Shown in pieces: positions 12,829 through 24,705 of a stretch of 64,000 nt of DNA (positions within the stretch are counted from its first letter, which is position 1; every line of letters begins with the position of its first letter). The stretch is from Chiloscyllium plagiosum (lineage: Eukaryota), in the NCBI RefSeq assembly GCF_004010195.1, contig NC_057718.1, positions 82,338,458 to 82,402,457 of the forward strand. Direction: 5' to 3'. The position numbers and the translations under genes were made by a program. Under the pieces are notes generated by a model. The model ran no database searches. It was not told the origin of the DNA and was given only the letters and a program-made list of their open reading frames with translations.

Positions 12829-14200
12829 GTAAGTCTGGATTATTTCAGTGCTAATTAAAAAATAATTGCAAACAATAACTTGGACGTAAGTTTAAAAGTT
12901 GCATGTTATCCATAGGGATTCACTATTGTTTTGTAGTGCTTTGCTTAAGGAAAAGGGTGCATCTGTCCCACTATTCTGGTAGCTGACAGGTGACCTATAA
13001 CAGAGCATTTGACTTGGAAGGAGTAGGCTATTTGGTCCTTCCAGTATGCTCCACAAGAGTTGTAAGTCTTAGCTCCATATCTATGATACCCTTGACCAAA
13101 CTAATCTGTCAAGCTACAAATATTGGATGATGAGATTTGCTTTTCTTGCCACAACCTTCTTAATGATTTTAGGAATTGATGTCAATATGTTGGCTGGTAC
13201 TTCAGTGTTACATAAAGGTGAGATCACAATGAGCAGATGATGGTTTGAATAATAACTTCAGATGAAGCAACTCCTTTGCTAGTTCACTTATTTTTGAATA
13301 ATGTTACTAAAAATCTCAAACTTTGATTGTATTAATCTGAATTTTCACAAGTATTGCTGTCATTGGAAAATCTCTACTTCATGAATTTTTCATTCGCTTA
13401 ACTGGGCAAACCAATTAAGTGATATGGTTTCTTGATTGATTTGAGAAATTTAGTTTTCCGGTTATTTATTCACATCCTCGCTGAGAGTCAACGAGCAGTT
13501 GTTGTAACATTGGAGTTAGTGAAATCCTCAAAGATGGCAAGAGTTAATTTACTGCTAATTTTTTTTTGCCATCTTTCACTTTGTAAGTTGCAGAGCAGTT
13601 ACTGAGAAATCCTTTAGTGAGCCTTCGTGGCTTGTGAAAATCAAAAAATGCAAATGAGTTATAAGTTGCAGGATGCAATGAGAATATTGAAGGGTTTAAA
13701 TGTTTTTGGTCTGATGCAGTAGTTTTGTAATCCCTGTTGAATCTGGACAGAACAATTTGTAGGAATAATAACCATGGTTACTGTAGTCTCCTGGACTTGA
13801 TTTCCATCTCCTGAGGTTTTTGCCTATTTGTGTCTGGGTTCTTATCTGTTTTCGCCTTTCCTGGGAGGTTCCTTTGCCTCCACATGGCTAGTGGGCTAAT
13901 GTGGTGCTTCAGGCATCTCAACAAATGGGGCAGGCATTTCTCTGTTATGCATGTCATTTTAAAAGGCTAAGCTTTGTTTCCTGACTCAAGGGAGGAAAAA
14001 GCTGAGGAACATGCAAAGTAATTGGAAAGAGCCAAGGAAGACCATGCGAAACGTCAGCTGCACTGAAGATGTGCCATGTCCATTTAGGGAAGGAGACCAT
14101 TTGGCCATCACATCTGCTGCAATCAATGAAGATCTGATGACACTAGTCCCATTTTCCAGCTCGAGGCCCATACCTGTGGAACCTATGGCAATGCAAGTGA

Positions 14201-14388
14201 GCGCAGCAGGTCAGGCAGCATCCAAGGAGCAGGACAATCGACGTTTCGGGCATAAGCCCTTCAGGAAACAGGGCTTATGCCCGAAGTGTCGACTCTCCTG
14301 TTCCTTGGATGCTGCCTGACCTGCTGTGCTTTTCCAGCAACACATTTTTCAGCTCTGATCTCCAGCATCTGCAGTCCTCACTTTCTCC
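14201..14388. mobile_element. Palindromic PLE terminal-repeat mini-element with a 12-bp TSD
   Basis: caatgcaagtga at 14189-14200 and 14389-14400. Inverted arms hinge at the hammerhead core (~14260-14270). Confidence 0.88.
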
Positions 14389-16447
14389 CAATGCAAGTGA
14401 ATATCTAGTTACTGAGGTGTGTTTTGATTAGAATACTGTAAATCTGGTTGCACAGGAACTTAGGAAGGAAAGGGAGAAGGAAACTGAGGCTTTATTTTTA
14501 AGAAAAGTAAAGGCCCTATTTCAGTAAAGGACTTTACTGAAATAAAGTCAGTTAAATGCAGGGTTCCAGCACACTGGCACAATATGACATAGGCTCTTCA
14601 GGAGTGAGACTGGGAAATGTAAATGGATCTAGCTCTCCACTGTCCAAATTTAAATTGTCTTGACTGAGGGATTTTTTTGTTATTCAGTAAATATTTTTAA
14701 GGGATATGGAACAAAAGTGTATCAATGGAGTAGTGAAACTGAAATGCTGTGATTTAAATGAATACTGGAACAGGTATAATGAGATGAGTAGCTGCTTCTC
14801 TTCCATCTGTGTCTATCCAGTGAGGTGTTTATGTATGTTTTATAATCATCAAACAAATTTCTTTTTTTGGTGTAACTCCATATTTTCTTTGCTACTGTCC
14901 ACATCTAATGCTTAATTTGAGCAAGAGTCCAAATTTAAAATCCTGAGGGCACAATCTCTTCCTTACTGAACCCTTAAACGTTTATGCCCAGTGTGGTGGT
15001 TCTCCTTACCACTTGCATTGTAATTAAAAGTCTCAATTTAAGCAAAGGAAATTCCAATGCTCTACATGTGAAAACCCATGTCCTAATGGCAACAGTTTTG
15101 AATTTATTTACTGAAGTGTACTGAACCAAACTGACGGGTGGAGGCATAGTTCATACTTGTACCATGAGTGCAGAGAAGTTCATTCATGATCCTTCACAGT
15201 TTCTGTTCCGGATGTTGCAATAGAGCTAATGCTAAACTGCCTATCTAGACCAGATTTGTACCCAGAATGACTAATTAGTTGCCAGTTTTTGCTAGTTACC
15301 AAATTTTTAACAGTTAATTCATGTGCAAGACTGGGTGAAAACGGCTGACCAAGTAGAACAAGAAAAGGACTTTCAGGAAATTTTATCTCGAGGTAAAGTG
15401 GTTCAGTTCCTTGATATGTCCCATGTGCAACTCATGCAGTTATATTGTATGGGTCCACAGGGGTATGTGAGCAGAGGCTTGCATTGAAGAAACAGTCCCT
15501 GCTAAAAAGACTGTGCAAAACCAAAAAAGCTCCTCCAATGGAGAAACCGGAGACTGTCAAATCTCATCTTTTCAGGATTTGGTCATCATCCGAGAGATGA
15601 GTGAGTGATAACAGCATAGTGGGTGTCTACATTAGTAAAACCTTCAACCAGGTTGAATAAAGTCAGAAACGATTGGATGTTATCTCAGCAGATCTGGTAT
15701 TATTGCCATTCAATCCTCTAGGTTCAGCCCTCTGAAATAAACTATTTGCCATGGAAACAGTAATTAAAACTTCTTTCCAGTGCAAAACAAATTCACGTGT
15801 ACATCACTGACAAAGCTACTGTTTATTACCCCGACTGTAGTTACGCAATAGAAGATGGTGGGTAACTTCAAAGTGCTACTGTCTGTGATGAAAGTGTTCC
15901 TACAATCTCTTAGAGGGAAATCTTGGAACTTCCTACTTACCACTCTCTCTCTTTTATTGATTTGTGTATGAATTGGACGTGGTACCATGCATCTGTTTTT
16001 GTTCTAGATGTAGTACGTGCATTTGAGGGGCCATTTAAATACCTTGATGAATTGCTGCAGTGTGTCCAATAGATGGTACACAATGCAGTCACTGTTCTTT
16101 TTGAAGGTTTGCCATCACGCAAACCAGCAAACGGGCTACACACAACAAAGAGAAACACTTCATCCACACTCTAACATATGGAGTGATTTTTAGGCTATTG
16201 CCTGAAGAGCAAATCAACCACCTCTGTCCTTGCTCCTACATCAGCTAACTACTCTTAACCATACCGATGATTTATTATTACTGAGCACTTATTACAGCTT
16301 TTTTTGATGGACAGTGGAATTTGAACTTAAAATTAGAGGTGTAAAATTCTGGTTTGAATTGACCTGATGGTTAAACAGGCTTATTAACAACAAATCCTTT
16401 TTTTAATGATTTATTTCTTGCTCTTTCCACGCCCCCACCATTCACAG

Positions 16448-16534
16448 AAAGTAGAAGGAAGAGTGTCAAGCGATGAAGACTTGAAGATGACAGAACTGTT
16501 AAAATATTATATGAGGGATATACAGGCAGCAAAG
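16448..16534 (+). CDS. SNX5: Sorting nexin 5-like coding exon, 87 nt
   Basis: ttcacag| and |gtaata. KVEGRVSSDEDLKMTELLKYYMRDIQAAK, containing the family motif RVSSDEDLK. Phase 0/0. Confidence 0.95.
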
Positions 16535-16782
16535 GTAATATAACTGAGGCATGTGACTTTTCAATATTGCCTCTGTTTGTAATTCTGGAAGCCATCCTAA
16601 ATTTCAGGATTTGTTTCTAATATTTGATGAACTAGTCTGTTCAGCCCTTGCCAGGTTTTCTGGCAGTTAAATAATGGTGCTATGATTTTGTTTTTTGTTA
16701 AAGTAAATAGGGACTATGATTGCTGTTTTTCCTCCCTGTGTGTATTTCCTTGTAATATGGATATTTTTGAGTTTGTTTTTAA

Positions 16783-17074
16783 AGATTAGATTCCCTACAG
16801 TGTGAAAAAGGCTCTTTCGCCCAACCAGTCCACACCAACCCCCTGAAGAGCAACCCACCCAGACCCACTTCCCTCTGACTAACACACCTAGCACTATGGG
16901 CAATTTATCATGGCCAATTCACCTGACCTGTACATCTTTGGACTGTGGGAGGAAACCCATGCAGACACTGGGAGAATGTGAAAACTCTACACAGACAGTC
17001 GCCCGAGGCTGGATTTGAACCCAAAACCCTGGTGCTGTGAGGCAGCAGTGCTAACTACTGAACCACCATGCTGC
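16783..17074 (-). mobile_element. HE1/V-SINE-type tRNA-derived SINE
   Basis: Minus strand has a tRNA-like head (ggtggttcagtagttagcactgctgcctcacag...gggttcaaatcc), a V-domain-like core and an aatctaatct tail. Confidence 0.85.
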
Positions 17075-17972
17075 TAAGATCATCTCGCAATTTTTAAATT
17101 AAATTGATCTTTATTGGAATGAACAAAAATACATTCAACAACTCATCCTTGTGCTTTCACCATAAGAGTTAGGAGCAGAAGTAGTCCTGGAGATATCAAG
17201 TCTGCTCAATCATTCAGCGAGATCATGGCTAATCTAATTATGCTCCATTCCACTTCCCTGTCTGTCTTCCCAAAACCCCTGATACCCTACTGACTTTAAA
17301 AATCTGCATAGCTCTTCCTTGAATAAACTTAATGTACTGACTTCGACTGCCCTCTGGCAAAGAACTTCACAGATGATCTTCCCTTAGAAGAAATTCCTCC
17401 TTTACCTGTTTTAAATGAATAATTCCTTTTTTGAGATTAGTGGTTTAGGGAGGGTCATTGAATATTTTCAACACCTGAGGTAAATTGACACCCTTAATAG
17501 TCAGGACTCAGTATCAGGGTATAGGTAGGAAAATAGAGTTGAGGTCACGAGCATCTTGAATAGTGGCGTAGGCTCGAGGAGCCATTTGGCTCCATTCCTT
17601 GTCCTAATGACTATATTCATATGAACCTTACAGCATTAGAATGGGGAATCATCATTATTATCTAAGTTTTTTGGAAGAATTATCCAGCTGTTCCTATTCC
17701 TCTACTATTTTCCTTTCACCGTATAAAATTTTTATTTTCAAGTTTTAATCCATTTTCTTTAGAGTTTAATCTGCTTCCACTACCCTTTACAATGGTGTAT
17801 TTCAATGCTGTATTTGGAAAGAGAAAATTTTAAAAATCCTAATTTCCATTCTGCTTCTTAACTAAATACTGATTCTTAGTCAAAGTCCTTTTTTTTTTGG
17901 ATTCTCTTCCTTAAGCTGACTTACTCTGCCAAAATTCCTAATAATCCCAGTGTTGCAATATGGCCCTTGTGA

Positions 17973-18206
17973 TAAGGATAACAGCAAATTACTGTAGATT
18001 TTGGAATCTGAAACCAAAACAGAAAATGCTGGAAAATCTCAGTAGGTCTGGCAGCATCTGTAAGGAGAGAAAAGAGCTGACGTTTCGAGTCTAACTAACC
18101 CTTTGTCATAGCTTTGACAAAGGGTCAGTTAGACTCGAAACGTCAGCTCTTTTCTCTCCTTACAAATGCTGCCAGACCTGCTGAGATTTTCCAGCATTTT
18201 CTCTTT
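17973..18206. mobile_element. Near-perfect palindromic PLE-derived mini-element with a 12-bp TSD
   Basis: tggcccttgtga at 17961-17972 and 18207-18218. About 95-bp inverted arms centred on 18111-18112 with few mismatches. Confidence 0.9.
18110..18148 (+). ncRNA. Minimal type I hammerhead ribozyme, U3-A8 core variant
   Basis: AGCT (helix I)-TTGACAA-A-GGGTC-agtta-GACTC-GAAA-CGTC-AGCT (helix I'). Predicted cleavage after C18144. Confidence 0.7.
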
Positions 18207-18459
18207 TGGCCCTTGTGACTAGTTTGGAAGCATTGCATCATATTTAAGAGCAATAGGACCATTTTTTTTTAATTTCATTCATAGCTACACAATATTTCTT
18301 CAACACATTGTTAACTATTTCCAGCTAGTGGATAGTCCTCAGGTTTTGTTTTTGTCGCAACTTAAGAGCATTTAAATGTTTCCCCTCAGAGTTGCTGCAT
18401 GTTCCAAGCGTAAAGACTGTAAAGTATTCTCCAAAAATGGGCTGCTTTTTCAACTTTAG

Positions 18460-18740
18460 CTTAGCTACTGGCAATCCTCTTAAAGATTAGAATTAGAAGT
18501 CATGGGTTCAAAACCCCTTTAGAAATTTAAATACCCTATCTAAATTTATACTTTAATGCTACATTGCTAAGAGATGCCTTCACAAGTAGACATAAAAGAT
18601 CCTATTTTGAAGAAGATTAAGTTAATTTTTCCCTGCCAGTCAGTATTTATCCTTAACTGAAATCACCACAGCAGATTATCTGGCCATTATCCTAGTTCTG
18701 TTGATGGCAATTTGCTGTGTGCAGTTTCTCTATTTTAAAA
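18460..18740 (+). mobile_element. Old Deu-domain SINE
   Basis: gggttcaaaaccc B-box-like motif; cagattatctggccattatc...tttgctgtgtgcag Deu-like core. Confidence 0.55.
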
Positions 18741-19252
18741 TTATAGATTTAAATAAAACTTATAGCATTCCTATTAAAGGGATTGGTCTGATTCCAAAGC
18801 TATCTGTGAAATTCAAACTATTGAATCCAGCAGTTTATCAAGTATTGTTTAAGTTTTCAGATTGGTAAACCAGGATTTCACAGGCAATATGAAGTGATCA
18901 GGCACCGTGGCCTCACTGCAAAGATTATCTATGGTGCATTGCATTTCATTATGGAGTCAACAGTGGTACTAGTATTCCAGATAAATTATGTAACAAAACA
19001 AAATTTAAACCAAAAGGGTTTTTGATGTAATTCCCTTCCTGGTATTTGAACATTCTAGTCTAACTCACATTAACCCAGATTTCAACGAGGCAGAATATTT
19101 CTCTCACATTTTAACTTCTAATTCCTCCGTAGATTGTGCCCTCTGTTCTGGATTCCTTTTAGTGTAGAGCTAGGCTACAAGGGACTTTTTCTCAGTGGGT
19201 AGTGGAAATCTAGACCTGTCTTGCAAATAGACATGCTGAATAAAGCATTGTG

Positions 19253-19377
19253 GAGAAAGTGAGGTCTGCAGATGCTGGAGATCAAAGTTGAAACTTTATT
19301 GCTGGAACAGCACAGCAGGTCAGGCAGCATCCAGGGAACAGGAGATTCGACGTTTCGGGCACAGGCCCTTCTTCAGG
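19253..19377 (-). mobile_element. Solo PLE terminal repeat with a ~13-bp TSD
   Basis: ataaagcattgtg at 19240-19252 and 19378-19390. The empty site is preserved in the adjacent tandem copy. Confidence 0.9.
19349..19376 (-). ncRNA. Minimal hammerhead ribozyme motif, intact core
   Basis: Minus strand reads CTGAAGA-A-GGGC-ctgt-GCCC-GAAA-CGTC, with the ACGT palindrome and a GUC cleavage triplet. Confidence 0.75.
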
Positions 19378-19507
19378 ATAAAGCATTGTGCCTAGGAGTT
19401 GGGAGGTCATGTTGCAGCTGTATAGGTTATTGCAAGGGACTTTTTCTCAGTGGGTAGTGGAAATCTAGACCTGTCTTGCAAATAGACATGCTGAATAAAG
19501 CATTGTG

Positions 19508-19890
19508 CCTAGGAGTTGGGAGGTCATGTTGCAGCTGTATAGGTTATTGGTTAAACCACTTTTGGAGTATTGCATGCAATTCTGGTCTCCTTCCTGTCGG
19601 AAGGATGTTGTGAAACTTGAAAGGGTTAAGAAAAGATTTACAAGGGTTGGAGGATTTGAGCTATAGGGAGAGGCCGAATAGGCTGGGGCTGTTCTCCCTG
19701 AAGCATGGGAGGCTGAGGGATGACCTTTTAGAGGTTTATAAAATAAGGAGTGGCATGGATAGGATAAACAGGTGGGGGAAGAGTCCAGAGCTAGAGGGCA
19801 TAGGTTTAGGGTGAGAGGAGAAAGATATTAGAGACCTATGTTGGGCGGAAGGGTATGTTTTTGTGCTGTACATCTCTCTGACTCTATAAC
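19508..19890 (+). mobile_element. CR1 3' fragment with internal deletions
   Basis: LEYCMQFWSP and LFSLKHGRLRDDLLEVYKI motifs; tail ctctctgactcta. Confidence 0.85.
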
Positions 19891-20117
19891 AATAATGAGC
19901 AAACCAAGGTAAATAGACTTAACCAATCCAACTTGATCTGATTAAATGGCAGAACAGTAAGGAGCTGAACTGCTGCCTTCTGTTTGAACAACATTGTAAA
20001 CTTGAGGATTACAAAGTTTAATTTAATGACCTGCAATTAGACCGTACAATTGGCACTGAATTCAAATAGCTGTTTTTTATTAAAGTATATTAATGCAGTA
20101 CTTTTCTATTAATCCAG

Positions 20118-20277
20118 GATCTTCTGTACAGGAGAGCAAGGGCTCTTGTTGATTATGAAAATGCCAACAAAGCCTTAGATAAGGCTCGAATGAAGGGTAA
20201 AGACGTGAAACAGGCAGAGCTCCAGCATCAAATGTGTGGTCAGAAATTTGAAAAGCTTTCAGAGTCTGCAAAGCAAG
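20118..20277 (+). CDS. SNX5: Sorting nexin 5-like coding exon, 160 nt
   Basis: aatccag| and |gtacaa. DLLYRRARALVDYENANKALDKARMKGKDVKQAELQHQMCGQKFEKLSESAKQ. Phase 0/1. Confidence 0.95.
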
Positions 20278-20356
20278 GTACAAGATCCTAAATGTCTAAG
20301 GAAACCCTTTGTCACAATGTAAGGATGAAGATTAAACTTTGTTCTCCTGTTTTCAG

Positions 20357-20442
20357 AACTGACTGCATTCAGAGCCAGGCGAGTGGGAGCATTTCGAAAA
20401 AACTTGATTGAAATGACTGAGCTGGAGTTGAAACATGCCAGA
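20357..20442 (+). CDS. SNX5: Sorting nexin 5-like coding exon, 86 nt (follows a 79-nt intron)
   Basis: tttcag| and |gtgagt. (E)LTAFRARRVGAFRKNLIEMTELELKHAR. Phase 1/0. Confidence 0.95.
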
Positions 20443-20954
20443 GTGAGTAATACGCAACGGACCTGACTTTGTTTATTGTATAAGAGCACATGCCAGCACT
20501 GTCAACTATTACCCACAGCCTATTGTTAATATTTGCATCCTGAGATTTACCCTTCTCATCCAAAAAACTGCTTGCAAGTGTACTGCAAGAACATAAAGGG
20601 CAACGTTCCTAAATTATGCTGAGAACAAGTTCATTTTTTTTGTGCAACAAGCATAAAACTGCACCAGGGGGCGATATTGTAGTGAGTGAAACTACAACCT
20701 TTGCTCCTCCACTCAAAAGGTCCATCTTTTTTTGTGTATCTAATGCACAGTTTTAGCCTCTGCACCCATATTCCCTTTGTATTAAGGATCATTCTCTGTT
20801 ACTTAACACACTAACTTCATGCCAGCTTTCTGTAGGAACAGTCTAGCGAGACTCTCTCTTACCCTTTCCTGCAAGTTCTTTCCAATTGTTAATTATTTGA
20901 GCTAACTCCTCCACTCTCTGTTCCAAATCATAATATTTTTTAAACAAAGTGATG

Positions 20955-21145
20955 TAGCTGCCAGAGGAAGTGGTGGAGACTGGTACAATTAGAACGTTTA
21001 AAAGGCATCTGGATGGGTATATGAATAGGAAGGGTTTGGAGGGATATGGGCCAGGTGTGGGAGGTGGGACTAGATTGGGTTGGGATATCTGGTCGGCATG
21101 GACGGGTTGGACCGAAGGGTCTGTTTCCATGCTATACATCTCTGA
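20955..21145 (+). mobile_element. CR1 extreme 3' fragment
   Basis: LPEEVVETGTIRTFKRHLDGYMNRKGLEGYG followed by the CR1 3'UTR. Confidence 0.85.
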
Positions 21146-21599
21146 CGCTGTGGTTATTTTATATATCACCTTAATTCAGAATCCTCTCGTTCTCAGCAGT
21201 TCCATCAATGGGAACCGTAATGATTTTGAACATCTGTATTAAATCTCCCCTCAACTTTCTCTAATTAGAATAGCCCTAGATTCTACAATCTAGTTGAATA
21301 ACTGAAGTCTCTCATCCTTGGATTCATTTTGTTAAATCTTTTCTGTACTCTTGCCAAAGCTTTTGTAAATATCCTAAAATGTGACAAAGGTTGGACACGA
21401 CACTCCAGTTGGTATCAAAACAGTTTTCTCAATACCACCTTCAGTCATTTTTGAACATGTATTCATAGGTCTTTCTCTTCCTACCCCAGTTTCTGAATTT
21501 TACCTTTTTAGTAGTATTGTATACATCTTCAAAGAGGAGGTAATGCAGTTACAGTGAAGGTAATTCCCTCAAACGGGAAAGGCAGAACAACCAAATCCA

Positions 21600-23085
21600 G
21601 CACGCTTTGTTTATGAAAGGAGGTAGAAATAAGATTAAAGGAAAAAATGTGCTTATGACAAGTATCAGAAAATCAAATTGAGAGCCCTGGGGAATAATAG
21701 GTTCAGACAAAAGGTGAAAAAGCAAATAAAGCCGAGGGGAATTGAGAAAAGACTATCAGCCAATATAGAGATGTCCCAAAGTTGCCTTTGGCCACCATAA
21801 ATAGTAAAAGGAGAACTGGCGCTAATTTAGGGAGCAGCAATGGGATTTAAAGCTGAAAGCATGACTGAGGTGTTAAATGGTAAAGACAAATGCAAAGAAA
21901 AAGATGGTGACAGAGGAGAAAACTCTGGAGGATTTGAAGTTGATAAGGCAGAACTATTGGATAGACTGCTGAATTTAATGAGGCACCACGACTGGATGAA
22001 ATGTATCCAAGGATTTTGAGAGTAGAAATTGCAGGGCAGTAGCCGCAATCTTTGTCTTCTCTGGATTCAGGGAAGGTGCTGGAAGACTGGAAAATTGTAA
22101 AGCGTATTAATTTATTCAAAACAGAACTGAAAATCTAAGCCCAACAATTGCAGACCAGTTAGTTTAACTGTAGTGATGGGGAAGCTTTTAGAGACCATTA
22201 TTCTTTGTAGAATTGCTAGTTACATGGAAAAATGTGGGTTGATTTTAAAAAGTCAGCATGAATTTCTAAAGGGGAAATCCTGTTCAGCCAACTTGCTGGA
22301 GCTTTTGAAGAGTTAACAACAGGCTCATTAAGGGAATGCTGTTTAATGTAGTGTGTGTGGACTTTCAAAAGGCATTTGAGTACCACAACGGACTTAATGA
22401 AAGTTAAGGGTCAGGAACACAATTGGTACAAAATTGATAGGAAATAGTAATCATCAATGGGATTCTTTTAGGGTGAAGGACTCTTTTTCTTCTTTTTCCT
22501 GGTGTACGTTGATGATCTAGATCTGCAAACTCTGAAATAATCCCGTGCATGCTGATACTAAACTTGGCAAATTGGAAGCCGAGGAGGATTGTGTAGAGCT
22601 CCAGAAGGGTGTAGACAAATTGGATAGGTTACAGATAGGTTTTCGTGCAGAGTTGTGAAGGAATTTAATAGGAGCATTGAAATACAATAGAATTGTACCT
22701 CTTTAAGGGGAGTGGAGGAGCAACTGGCCTCCACAAACCAAAGGAAGTGGCAGGACAGTGTAGTAAATAAAGCGTATAGTATCCTCTACTTTATTCATAC
22801 GGTCATAGAATACAAGAGCAAAAGGTTGATGTTGAACTTGTGTAATGTACTCATTGTTCCCTAGTTAGAGTATTGTGTAATGTGGCACCCAGAACTGTAC
22901 ATGCGCATTCTCTCAATACATCCATAAGTGGTTCCAGGGATAAAGAACTTCAGTTATGAGGATAAATTGAAGTTGGGACTGCTGCCCTCTGGAGGAAGAA
23001 TACTTCGAGGAGATCTGATAGAAGTTTACAAAGTCGTAAGTGGGCTGATTGGGTAGATAGGGAGAAACTGCTCCTGCTGATGAAC
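21600..23085 (+). mobile_element. Old CR1 ORF2 fragment
   Basis: Degenerate DWKIV, SQHEFLKGKSCSANLLE and VDFQKAF motifs. Confidence 0.7.
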
Positions 23086-23212
23086 AAGATCATCTCTTTG
23101 AAATTGCATTCTTATTAGTTTCACATCCCTGTTCTTTTTACACTTATCATTTTAAGTATTTAATGGCTTTTGAAAGTTTTTTTGTAATTTGAATTCCTCT
23201 TTCCTTTCAGTG

Positions 23213-24095
23213 TCATAGAGTCATAGAGATGTACAGCATGGAAACAGACCCTTCAGTCCAACCTGTCCATGTCGACCAGATATCCCAACCCAATCTAGTC
23301 CCACCTGCCAGCATCTGGCCCATATCCCTCCAAACCCTTCCTATTCATATACCCATCCAAATGCCTCTTAAATGTTGCAATTGTACCAGCCTCCCCACTT
23401 CCTCTGTCTGCTCATTTCATACACATACCACCCTCTGCGTGAAAAAGTTGCCCCTTAGGTCTCTTTTATATGTTTCCTCTCTCACCCTAAACCTATGCCC
23501 TCTAGTTCTGGACTCACTGACCCCAGGGAAAAGNNNNNNNNNNNNNNNNNNNNNNNCCTTGTAAATCTTTTCCGAACCCTTTCAAGTTTCACAACATCCT
23601 TCCAATAGGAAGAAGACCAGAATTGCACGCAATATTCCAACAGTAGCCTAACTTATGTCCTGTACAGCCGCAACATGACCTCCCAACTTGTGTACTCAAT
23701 ACTCTGACCAATAAAGGAAAGGATACCAAACACCGCCTTCACTATCCTATCTACCTGCGACTCCACTTTCAAGGAGCTATGAACCTGCACTCCAAGGTCT
23801 CTTTGTCAGCAACGTTCCCTAGGATCTTACCATTAAGTGTATAAGTCCTGCTAAGATTTGCTTTCCCAAAATGCAGCATCTCGCATTTATCTGAATTAAA
23901 CTCCATCTGCCACTTAGCCCATTGGTCCATCTGGTCCAGATCCTCCATTACAATGTGAGGTAACCCTCTTCACTGTCCACTACACCTCCAATTTTGGTGT
24001 CATCTGCAAACTTACGAACTGAACCTCTTATGCTCGCATCCAAATAATTTATGTAAATGACAAAAAGTAGAGGACCCAGCACCGATCCTTGTGGC
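23213..24095 (-). mobile_element. Young CR1 3' fragment (contains an assembly gap at 23534-23556)
   Basis: ctctatgactctatgac tail; [14 protein letters not shown] and KFADDTK motifs. Confidence 0.9.
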
Positions 24096-24210
24096 AGTGG
24101 TGTGCATTTCATGCCATCATATTTTGATCATAAATTGCCCTTGTCGTGGACTCAATGATTTGAGCCTTATTCTGTACCATAATGATTTTATGACTGTGTT
24201 CCCTTTGATA

Positions 24211-24349
24211 AAAATCACACAACGTCAACCTGATGAAAGAGCAGTGCTCCAAAAACTGGTGCTTCCAAGTAAATCTGTTGGATTGTAACCTGGTGGTGTA
24301 TGATTTTTAACTATAGACACCCCAGTCCAACACTGGCATCTCCAAATCA
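24211..24349 (+). mobile_element. Terminal repeat of a separate PLE-like family with a degenerate hammerhead
   Basis: ctgatga at 24230-24236 followed by a gagc-agt-gctc stem. Short inverted 5' piece aaaatcacac. Flanked by near-identical ttccctttgata / ttcccttttgata. Confidence 0.6.
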
Positions 24350-24705
24350 TTCCCTTTTGATAATTTTATCAATTACCGTAAATTTGTCCTTTGATCATGC
24401 AGCAGTTTCTCCTCTCTACCCACACCCCCTCAAGTTTGACCACCACTATTACACCTTCTGTGTTCCATGAAGAACAATTCCAGCTTCTCTAGTTTAACAG
24501 AGTTCCTAATGGCAAATATGGTAAATGTCCTGTGCACACTTTACAATGTCTTGATACCCTTCCTTGAAATGTGGTGCCAAACAATTTTAGCATGATTTTT
24601 TTTTTGTGCTCTGTTTGTATCTGTTTTTAAAACTAAAGTAGTTTAAACAGCTTTGATCAACAAATTCTGCAATCATCCTAAATTTGTGAATTTTATTTCT
24701 TTTAG

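Larger units (their letters stand above)
19178..19549 (+). repeat. 117-bp tandem duplication; the first copy is interrupted by the PLE repeat
   Basis: 19178-19252 plus 19391-19432 matches 19433-19549. Confidence 0.9.

Noticed and set aside
9037..18206. Palindromes as pre-miRNAs or DNA-transposon MITEs
   Set aside because: The arms match PLE terminal repeats, arm lengths are asymmetric, and TSD lengths vary from 9 to 15 bp across the family. This fits retrotransposition rather than a DDE transposase.
20836..20892. Possible alternative last SNX5 exon after tgtag (EQSSETLSYPFLQVLSNC*)
   Set aside because: No similarity to the family C-terminus. The exon at 24706-24756 has a better acceptor and clear homology.
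8160..24705. Intronic C/D snoRNA (mammalian SNX5 hosts SNORD17)
   Set aside because: I found no convincing C box/D box pair with a terminal stem. The host intron may lie upstream of the window. An Infernal search would be needed.
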